A stretch of 64,000 nucleotides of DNA, from assembly GCA_001787755.1 (NCBI GenBank), contig MFYJ01000001.1:946-64945 (forward strand). Reading direction: 5' to 3'. This DNA is from Candidatus Peribacteria bacterium RIFOXYB1_FULL_54_35 (GTDB lineage Bacteria > Patescibacteriota > Gracilibacteria > Peribacterales > Peribacteraceae). Position numbers and translations under genes: made by a program. The notes under the pieces are model-generated. The model saw nothing but the letters and a program-made list of their open reading frames with translations. It ran no database searches and was not told where the DNA came from. The stretch's first letter is position 1; each line of letters begins with the position of its first letter. This document shows, piece after piece, positions 56,663 through 64,000 of this stretch.

Positions 56663-59158
56663 ATGCCCACCTTGAACCAGCTATTCCTGGGCCTCGGCTC
56701 TGCTGCATCTGTCTTCATCGGCGTGCATGTCGTGCTGTGGCTGTGCCGGCTTCTCGCGGATTTCCGCCGTGAACGCGACCTCGTCTTCCTCCAGATTCTT
56801 GTCCCGAAAAAGGAAAGCAAAGAAGAGAAAGAAACGGAATCCGAACGCTACTCCTCCGGCCAGGACTTCCGTGAGGTGCTGGGGGTCATGGATCACTTCT
56901 ACCAATCGCTCCACAGTCTGTACCACGGAACTGCAAGGCGGTGGTGGAGGGGGCAACCCTTCATCTCCTTTGAGTATGCTGCACTGCAAGGCGAAATCCT
57001 CTTTTTCGTCGTCTGCCCGCGGGCCATTGTCCACTTGATAGAAAAACAAATCACCTCCTTCTATCCCGATACCATCATCGACGAAGTGGAGGACTACAAC
57101 ATTTTCACAGACAAATCCATCGTTGCGGCACGGACACTCATCCCGCGAGGACCATTCACGAAAATATTCAAAACATATCAGCAGCTTAAGAGTGATCCTC
57201 TGAGCACCATGACAAACGCCTTCTCGAAGCTGAAAGAAACTGAGGGGGCCGCCGTGCAGTTCGTCCTCCGCCCAGCCAAATCCGGCTGGCAGAAAAAACT
57301 GCAGAAAGAAGCCCAGAACCTTTTGAATCCCAAGAAGAAAAAAGGGCTCAGATGGTGGAATCCCATTTCCTGGCTCAGCACCGGCTTCAGTCTCCTCACC
57401 ACAGGAGATGATGTGGTAGATCTGCAATCTGAGAGCAAAGCAACGGGCGAGCGCGTGTCTCAGATGGTAGAGGAATACAGTAAAACTGTGGATGAGAAGG
57501 CAAGCAGCCCCGGTTTCACAGCAATGGTCCGTGTCGTCACCTCCGCAGATACTCTCCTCCGTGCACAGAACCTCCTCCAGGAAGTCTGTGCCGCATTCAC
57601 GCAATTCAGCGACATACGCGGGAACCGCCTCAGGAGATCGAAGCTCTCCAGCAAGAGAAACACCACCATCAGATTCATCCGGCGTTCCCCCCGACTGGGC
57701 ATTCCTGCGGGTATCACAAGCCCCGTGATGCTCCTGGGAGCCCCTGAGCTCACAAGTTTCTTCCACTTCCCCAACATCAAGTACAACAAAGTAGAAACCA
57801 TTAAATGGCAGAACTTCAAGGTGGCACCAGCACCCAAGAACATACCAACAGAGGGCTTGTTCCTTGGAACAAACACCTACCGGGGAGAGAAACGCAAGAT
57901 ATACATGGGCAACGAAGACCGCTTCAGGCATTTCTACATCATAGGGCAGACCGGCACGGGGAAATCTTCGATCATCCAGCTCATGGCACGCCAGGACTTC
58001 CATAACAATATTGGCTGCTGTGTGGTGGATCCGCACGGGTCACTCATTGAGGATCTGCTGCCGTACATTCCGCGCGAACGCGCCGACGACGTGGTGTATT
58101 TCAATCCCGCAGACACGGAAAGACCCATGGGACTCAACCTGCTGGAGGCGGAGACTCCGGAAGAGAAAGACCTTGTCGCACTCGATGCCATGAACATGAT
58201 GGTGAAGATGTTCGGGGAAGAAATTTTCGGTCCGCGTATCCAGGACTACTTCCGCAACGGGTGTCTGACACTCATGGATGATGAGGATGAAGGCGGCGCC
58301 ATCACCGACCTCGTGAAACTCTTCACGGACGAAGAGTGGCAGCGGTACAAAGTATCGAAAGTGAAAAACCCCATTGTCCGCGCATTCTGGGAAAAACAGA
58401 TGGTCCAGACCGGACAGCGTGAGAAGCAGGAAATGATCCCCTACTTCGCAGCGAAGTTCGGCCAGTTCTACACCAATACGCTCATCCGGAACATCGTGGG
58501 GCAAACACGCAGTGCCTTCGATATCTCCAAGTGTATGAATGAGGGCAAGATCCTGCTCATGAACCTGAGTAAAGGACTTGTTGGAGATATCAACGCCCAG
58601 CTCCTCGGTTTGATCATCGTGAGTAAAATACAGGTCGCAGCCATGCGCAGACAGCGGCAGACAAATGAGCAGCGCCGCGACTTCTACCTCTACATCGACG
58701 AGTTCCAGAACTTCGTAACCCCTTCCATTGAGTCCATTCTCTCCGAAGCCCGCAAGTACCGCCTTGGCCTCATCCTCGCCCACCAGTACATCGATCAGCT
58801 GGAAAAAGAGAGCAAGATCTCCGGCAATATCAGCCTGAAGGGCGCAGTCTTCGGCAATGTGGGCACGATGATGTTCTACAAGATCGGTCCGCAGGACGCC
58901 GAAGTATGTGCGAAGGAAATGGCTCCGGTCTTCTCCGAACAGGACCTCATTAACATCGATGCTTTCAAAGGAGCCATGAAACTGAGCGTGGAGGGCCAAC
59001 CTTCCAGACCGTTCTCCATAGAGGTACCACGCCCCTGGCTCGACAAAACGTACCCCAAAGACGAGCAGGCAGCCGAGGCGTTCAAACAGCTCTCCCGCCT
59101 GACGTACGGCCGCGCGAAAGACTTCGTGGATAGGGAGATAATGAGGAGAATCGGGTAG
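56663..59158 (+). CDS. VirB4/VirD4(TraD)-like P-loop ATPase (paralog of 30982-33603)
   Basis: HFYIIGQTGTGKS, DPHGSL, LYIDEFQNF, SEARKY. Confidence 0.88.
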   Translation: MPTLNQLFLGLGSAASVFIGVHVVLWLCRLLADFRRERDLVFLQILVPKKESKEEKETESERYSSGQDFREVLGVMDHFYQSLHSLYHGTARRWWRGQPFISFEYAALQGEILFFVVCPRAIVHLIEKQITSFYPDTIIDEVEDYNIFTDKSIVAARTLIPRGPFTKIFKTYQQLKSDPLSTMTNAFSKLKETEGAAVQFVLRPAKSGWQKKLQKEAQNLLNPKKKKGLRWWNPISWLSTGFSLLTTGDDVVDLQSESKATGERVSQMVEEYSKTVDEKASSPGFTAMVRVVTSADTLLRAQNLLQEVCAAFTQFSDIRGNRLRRSKLSSKRNTTIRFIRRSPRLGIPAGITSPVMLLGAPELTSFFHFPNIKYNKVETIKWQNFKVAPAPKNIPTEGLFLGTNTYRGEKRKIYMGNEDRFRHFYIIGQTGTGKSSIIQLMARQDFHNNIGCCVVDPHGSLIEDLLPYIPRERADDVVYFNPADTERPMGLNLLEAETPEEKDLVALDAMNMMVKMFGEEIFGPRIQDYFRNGCLTLMDDEDEGGAITDLVKLFTDEEWQRYKVSKVKNPIVRAFWEKQMVQTGQREKQEMIPYFAAKFGQFYTNTLIRNIVGQTRSAFDISKCMNEGKILLMNLSKGLVGDINAQLLGLIIVSKIQVAAMRRQRQTNEQRRDFYLYIDEFQNFVTPSIESILSEARKYRLGLILAHQYIDQLEKESKISGNISLKGAVFGNVGTMMFYKIGPQDAEVCAKEMAPVFSEQDLINIDAFKGAMKLSVEGQPSRPFSIEVPRPWLDKTYPKDEQAAEAFKQLSRLTYGRAKDFVDREIMRRIG

Positions 59159-59164
59159 ATCATA

Positions 59165-59242
59165 AGAGAGAGTAATAGGGAATAGAGTACTAGGATAATG
59201 AGGCCCTATGTGTGGGGCCTATTACTCAATTCCCTATTATTC
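59165..59242. repeat. 8-nt periodic palindrome between convergent genes
   Basis: gagtaatag...ggccc-tatgtgt-ggggcc...tattactc; shares units with 48100-48177. Confidence 0.7.
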
Positions 59243-60478
59243 TTACCTCAGAGCAACTGTCTCTATCGGTTTCGCATGCACAAGATAGCGCTGCGCGATG
59301 GAATCCGGCGGCCAGCAGGTGTAGAGAATGAGCTCCTCCCCTTCACCATCGTCATTGAAAGGATCTGTATCTTTCGCATCGATTGTTTCCTCGTAGGTTA
59401 CTTCGTAGGTGTGCAGCTTCCCCTCGTACGTCACGTAAATCCTGTCCCCGGCTTTGAGCTGATTCACCTTGCGGAATATCTTGGTGTACTTCGAGACATC
59501 CCACGGATACCCACTGGAGTGACCATAGATCATGATCTTGCCACCCGCACCGGGATAGCTAAAGAGGTGCCCCACGCCGTCTTTGAGCGCAGCGAGAACA
59601 CCCTGAGAAGAAAGCGGATCTATGGGATGTGTGATGGTGAGGTCCGTAACCCCGAGACTCGGCATAGTAATGGCAAAATACTTCTCTGACGCATACGGAA
59701 GCGTGCCCGCCTGTACGGTCGGTTGGGGCTGATTGATGACCTGAATAGTCTGCGGCTGCGGGAGGCTGATTGAGCGCGAGGAACTCGCCCCCTGGCTCTG
59801 GGTTCCCTGGGACACAGTTCTTCCATCGTTGAAAACAAGAACACCCGCCTCGCGAACATACATCATACGGTAGACCATCTCGAAGAACTGGCCGCGCGTA
59901 ATCGGCTGACCAAGCCGCAGGGACTGCTGCTCCTGCAACACCGCATTGCGCAGAATTGCAGCGTTGATCGAGGACGTGTACCACTGCCCGGGAAAGTTCT
60001 GAATGGCAGCAGAAAGTCTCGCGAATTCTGTTTCTCCCGCTTCCCCGAATGACCGCGAGAGAAGAACCACCGCTTCCTCCACCGTGAGCAACTGCCCCGG
60101 CCGCAGGGTTCCCTCCGGATACCCTTTCACCACTTCTGCTTCGAACGCAGCCTCCACAAACGGGGCAAACCACTGACTCTGCTGTACATCGGAAAAGAGA
60201 GGTAACGGCGGCATGTTCTCCTGGTACCACAGAACACGCTGCGCATACTTCTCCTGGGTGATCATGAGTACTTTGATCGCCTCTGCCCTGTTAAGAAACT
60301 TCTGGGGTCTCGCGAGTCCATCACTGTACCCCCGGAGTATCCCCTTCCCCGAGAGGTACACAAATGCGTCGCTGTAGAGCGTCTGGTCAGTATCGGGGAA
60401 ACCAGCAGCGAATGCCCGTGTTCCGAAGCCCACGAGTAACACTGCCGCCAGCAGAAGGAGTAGCCTTTTATACTGCAT
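59243..60478 (-). CDS. SLH-domain sortase
   Basis: Signal peptide, SLH repeats (GILRGYSDG, VVKGYPEG), sortase motifs IYGHSS, ILYTCWP, QRYLV. Confidence 0.88.
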   Translation of the reverse strand: MQYKRLLLLLAAVLLVGFGTRAFAAGFPDTDQTLYSDAFVYLSGKGILRGYSDGLARPQKFLNRAEAIKVLMITQEKYAQRVLWYQENMPPLPLFSDVQQSQWFAPFVEAAFEAEVVKGYPEGTLRPGQLLTVEEAVVLLSRSFGEAGETEFARLSAAIQNFPGQWYTSSINAAILRNAVLQEQQSLRLGQPITRGQFFEMVYRMMYVREAGVLVFNDGRTVSQGTQSQGASSSRSISLPQPQTIQVINQPQPTVQAGTLPYASEKYFAITMPSLGVTDLTITHPIDPLSSQGVLAALKDGVGHLFSYPGAGGKIMIYGHSSGYPWDVSKYTKIFRKVNQLKAGDRIYVTYEGKLHTYEVTYEETIDAKDTDPFNDDGEGEELILYTCWPPDSIAQRYLVHAKPIETVALR

Positions 60479-60623
60479 ACAAGGGAGCTAATCTAATGAT
60501 TTTTCGCTTTTTTGTCAAGCACTCTTAGGATCTCTCCTGTGCCAAATCCCATTGCAAATCGTCAATTCATGGCACTTTTGAGCTCCTATCGACGAGGCAT
60601 GGTGAAACACTTACGATGCAGGC

Positions 60624-62171
60624 ATGTTTTGCCCTCTCAAACGGCCTGTTCTCACATACCTGCCCACTCTCACCCTCTGCGGATGCCTCCTCCTCTTCGG
60701 AACGTTCCTGAGCAGTCTCGCACATCCTACGTCCCTCGGAGATGGCATACGGCACCTCACTCTCGCCCGTCTCCTGCAGGAAGGGAACTCGTTCGGAGGC
60801 TGGGGCGATGTTCTGTACTCAGGATACTTCAGCACACGGTCCTCTGATCCGTGGTTCCTCACGCACGTGCTGCTCATGCCTCTCGGCACTCTGGATATCG
60901 CGATTGCGGAGGACATGCTGATCCTGCTGCTCATTGGTGCGGTAGGCATCACCTTCCTTCTCTTCCTCAGAACCCTCCGCCTCTCCCCCGCTTCCCAGAG
61001 CATTCTTATCGCACTCCTCCTCCTCGGACACGTGCAATTTACGTTCCGCCTCCTCGTCGGCCGTCCGCTCTTCCTGATGGTCGCCCTCACCACGCTCACG
61101 CTGCTCACCGTCCTCCATAAACAACCATTGCTTCTCCTGGTACTCATGACCATAGCAACACTCCTCTCGCACCTCTTCGTGTTCCCGTTATTCATCTGCC
61201 TTCTGGGATCTCTCTGGCTCCTCTCACTCTCAAGAAAACGCACAGCCATGCTCACATTCCTCAGCGCACTCTCCGGCCTCGTGATTGGTCTTCTCCTCCA
61301 TCCCCAGACAAGCAATTTTGTCCATTATGTTTTCACCATCTTCCTCAGAGTACCTTTCCTCACTGAGCTCGATACGGGCACAGAGATGCATTCGGGTATA
61401 GGGCGCATGGCAGCTGTTCTCACACTCCTCGGTGCCTGCCTCCTCTTCGCATATCATCTGTGGTACACACGCCGCGCCTCCTGGAAGGAAATGCACAGGC
61501 GAGGACTCAGTCTGACAGCCAGCATTGTTCTGGTGATGACACTCGGCATGCTCCTCTGGGTGCGCATGCTCGACTTCCTCTGGCCGCTCCTCCTCATTCT
61601 CCTCGCACAGGTACTGAGCCTGTACCCACCCATTGCCAAAGAAACAGCACATGTTCTCCTGCCCCGATGGGCGCTGCTCAGAAAATACACACTGGGAGTG
61701 CTCCTCCTCGTGCTCACCGTGAACACCGCTAAGACCTTCTATAGTTTCTCCACAGTCAATGCAGAAAACGCGCTCAGCCACTTCACAGATCCGCTGAAGA
61801 ACATTCCAGAGAAATCACGCGTGCTGAATGTGGACTGGGATCTCTTTCCTTCCCTCTTCAGCGCACGACCGGATCTCCTCTATGCGCGCGGAATGGACCC
61901 CTCGTACGACTACCTCTCCGATCCGGATTCCATTCGCTTCTTCGCTGCAGTACGAAATCCATCTGAAGAAACGGACTGGAATGTCTGGCTCACGGAGCTG
62001 ATTCAACACATCCCTTCTGACTACCTTGCTCTCTGGAGAGCGGAAAAACGCAGGAACATGATCGAAACACTCAACCAGAACAAATCCCTCGAGCATGTTG
62101 GCATGAGCGACCGCATTATCGTGTATAAAATCCTTCCTTCCACCGAGCAGTCCGCTCAGGATTCCGTATAA
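60624..62171 (+). CDS. multi-pass membrane protein, possibly GT-C-type glycosyltransferase
   Basis: ~12 TM segments, D..RH in first loop, RP motif, soluble C-terminal domain. Confidence 0.6.
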   Translation: MFCPLKRPVLTYLPTLTLCGCLLLFGTFLSSLAHPTSLGDGIRHLTLARLLQEGNSFGGWGDVLYSGYFSTRSSDPWFLTHVLLMPLGTLDIAIAEDMLILLLIGAVGITFLLFLRTLRLSPASQSILIALLLLGHVQFTFRLLVGRPLFLMVALTTLTLLTVLHKQPLLLLVLMTIATLLSHLFVFPLFICLLGSLWLLSLSRKRTAMLTFLSALSGLVIGLLLHPQTSNFVHYVFTIFLRVPFLTELDTGTEMHSGIGRMAAVLTLLGACLLFAYHLWYTRRASWKEMHRRGLSLTASIVLVMTLGMLLWVRMLDFLWPLLLILLAQVLSLYPPIAKETAHVLLPRWALLRKYTLGVLLLVLTVNTAKTFYSFSTVNAENALSHFTDPLKNIPEKSRVLNVDWDLFPSLFSARPDLLYARGMDPSYDYLSDPDSIRFFAAVRNPSEETDWNVWLTELIQHIPSDYLALWRAEKRRNMIETLNQNKSLEHVGMSDRIIVYKILPSTEQSAQDSV

Positions 62172-62201
62172 TCTGCGAAGTGGCACTCCAAATAGGCATC
62201 A

Positions 62202-62242
62202 CCTACCTTCGCCCCGCATCCGCGGGGACTTCGGTGGGCAAG
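62202..62242. repeat. REP-like palindrome
   Basis: cctaccttcgccccgcatccgcggggacttcggtgggcaag; shares cttcggtgggca with the reverse complement of the rsmF insert. Confidence 0.75.
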
Positions 62243-62283
62243 TCGGCCTCCCCTCTCCATTCCTCTCAAGCGACTGATACGTT

Positions 62284-63378
62284 ATGGCTCTTCAAATAGG
62301 CATCATCGGCCTTCCGAACGTCGGGAAATCGACGCTTTTCAACGCGCTGACGCGCAGCAAAGGAGCTCAGTCTGCCAATTATCCCTTCTGCACAATCGAA
62401 CCGAACGTCGGCATAGTGGAAGTGCCGGACACGCGCCTTCAGACACTCACCGAGATGGTGAAGCCGCAGAAAGTGATCCCCGCTGCCATCGAATTCGTCG
62501 ATATCGCAGGACTGGTGAAAGGAGCCAGCAAAGGAGAAGGCCTCGGCAACCAGTTCCTCCATGCCATCCGGGAAGTCGATGCCCTCTGCCACGTGGTGCG
62601 GGAGTTTGAGGACACCAATATCACGCACGTTGAAGGGACTATAGATCCCAAGCGCGACTGCGAGACCATCGAAACAGAACTCATTCTCGCAGACCTGGAA
62701 TCGATCGTGAAACGTATCGACAAAGTGGAAGGAGCCGCGCGCAGCGGAGACAAGGAGAAGCAGAAGGAGTTCGCTCTCCTCCGGCGCATGAAGGAAGCAC
62801 TGGACACAGGAAAGATGGCACAGACAGTGGAAATGACCTCTGAGGAAAAGAAGCTCTCCAGGCAGTTCAATCTCCTCACAAATAAGCCGATCATCTACGC
62901 ACTGAACATTGCGGAGAAGGCATTACAGTCTGCAAATGAGGCGAAGCAACGTACATCTCTTGGTCTCCCTCCGGATGCGCAGATCATCATGGTATCGGCG
63001 AAAATTGAGGAAGACCTCCAGGACCTCTCTCTGGAGGAAGCGACGGAAATGCTCAGAGAGATGGGTGTGGAATCATCCGGGCTCGACCAGCTCATCCAGG
63101 CAGCGTACGCCGCTCTCGGATACATCACGTACTTCACTGCAGGCCCGAAGGAGGTGCGCGCGTGGAACGTGCTCCGGGGTGCCAGCGCCCCGGAAGCGGC
63201 AGGCGTGATCCATACCGATTTCCAGAAAGGGTTCATCCGCGCCGAAACCATCGCGTACGCGGACTACGTCTCACTCGGAGGGGAACAGAGCGCCAAGGTA
63301 GCCGGAAAGATGCGGAGCGAGGGCAAGGAGTACGTGGTGCAGGACGGCGACGTGATGTATTTTAAGTTCAATGTGTAA
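62284..63378 (+). CDS. ychF: redox-regulated ATPase YchF
   Basis: GLPNVGKST, ANYPFCTIEPN, DIAGLVKGA, AGVIHTDF.KGFIRAE. Confidence 0.97.
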   Translation: MALQIGIIGLPNVGKSTLFNALTRSKGAQSANYPFCTIEPNVGIVEVPDTRLQTLTEMVKPQKVIPAAIEFVDIAGLVKGASKGEGLGNQFLHAIREVDALCHVVREFEDTNITHVEGTIDPKRDCETIETELILADLESIVKRIDKVEGAARSGDKEKQKEFALLRRMKEALDTGKMAQTVEMTSEEKKLSRQFNLLTNKPIIYALNIAEKALQSANEAKQRTSLGLPPDAQIIMVSAKIEEDLQDLSLEEATEMLREMGVESSGLDQLIQAAYAALGYITYFTAGPKEVRAWNVLRGASAPEAAGVIHTDFQKGFIRAETIAYADYVSLGGEQSAKVAGKMRSEGKEYVVQDGDVMYFKFNV

Positions 63379-63427
63379 TCGCAGAGGAAAACTTGCTTTT
63401 TCCTATAAATGTACTATAAATCTCACC

Positions 63428-64000
63428 ATGAGCATTGAAGTTACACCAGAACCGGCTCAGAAACCACTGGTCTCCTACAGGAGCCCAGAATGGGCCAACC
63501 TGCGTACTGGCGTAAGAGGAGATGAAACTGCAGTCGCACGTGCCCCCCGGCACCTGACCGAAACGGCAGGAGGAAATGGACAATCTGTGGAAAGAGCCGA
63601 AAAAGGAGAAACACCTGTAGAAGCAGCCAAAATCAACCACACCTCCCTGGCTCTCCAGGCAATCAGGACCCTCATTGTCGCAAGAATGCATTCGCTCCGC
63701 CCGGGTCCCCGGCCTTCCTTCAGAGAAGGAGACCGCCACGGCGAGCTGAAAAGAATATTGGCCTTGGCAGAAATCGGCGCTTCCCCCGGAGAACTTGTCT
63801 TTGCGCTGCGCAATTCACGGCACAAAGGCACACGGAACTTCGGCAAGCAACTATCCGTTACGGATGGTGATGGATCTGTCACTCTCCAACCTGACTACGC
63901 AACAGAAGCAGAAATAGCACAGGAGATGATCAGACGCACAGATGCCCTTTTGGGACTGCTTGATCCGGATGACGAACCGGAATTTGCTCCTGCAGATACC
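63428..64000 (+). CDS. hypothetical protein, runs off the window end
   Basis: ATG at 63428 (MSIEVTPEPAQK...), open to the end; TACTAT -10-like box upstream. Confidence 0.55.
   Translation, partial: MSIEVTPEPAQKPLVSYRSPEWANLRTGVRGDETAVARAPRHLTETAGGNGQSVERAEKGETPVEAAKINHTSLALQAIRTLIVARMHSLRPGPRPSFREGDRHGELKRILALAEIGASPGELVFALRNSRHKGTRNFGKQLSVTDGDGSVTLQPDYATEAEIAQEMIRRTDALLGLLDPDDEPEFAPADT

Noticed and set aside
56681-58999. Long antisense ORFs (451 aa, 319 aa) and similar ones opposite gyrB, hisS and leuS
   Set aside because: Shadow frames of well-supported genes arising from codon bias; no protein motifs.

Overview
Chromosomal window from a moderately GC-rich, standard-genetic-code bacterium. 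Gene content points to Patescibacteria/CPR, probably Peribacteria/Peregrinibacteria-like (inference): CPR-type pilin, two VirB4/VirD4-like ATPases, several SLH-fusion envelope enzymes, alpha2-type GlyRS, and starts without Shine-Dalgarno sites. Most of it is housekeeping (MacAB-type ABC exporter, ftsK, rdgB, UvrD-nuclease, rpoD, dnaG, rsmF, leuS, der, mltG, hisS, gyrB, rpsU, glyQS, rpsB, tsf, ychF, tRNA-Tyr, tRNA-His), with a few AT-rich accessory genes. The most striking signal is a candidate integrase- and transposase-free mobile system. Both tRNA genes are followed by a ~420-450 bp cassette holding a ~80-aa GIY-YIG nuclease gene and palindromes with a CGWAG-hairpin-CGRAG core, closed by a duplicate of the tRNA 3' end. 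tRNA-His also has a duplicated 5' end upstream. The same palindrome family is dispersed across the window, nested inside other repeats, and inserted in frame in two protein genes (rsmF and an S41 protease signal peptide). A third GIY-YIG gene lies next to a synonymously diverged duplicate of an ATPase gene's 3' end. Other notes: periodic 7-9 nt intergenic palindromes, a TA-flanked MITE, a candidate ~120-nt ncRNA, a lone FabH-like enzyme, and a membrane protein with 8 PxWL motifs in a long disordered tail. All calls were made by eye; no database searches were run.
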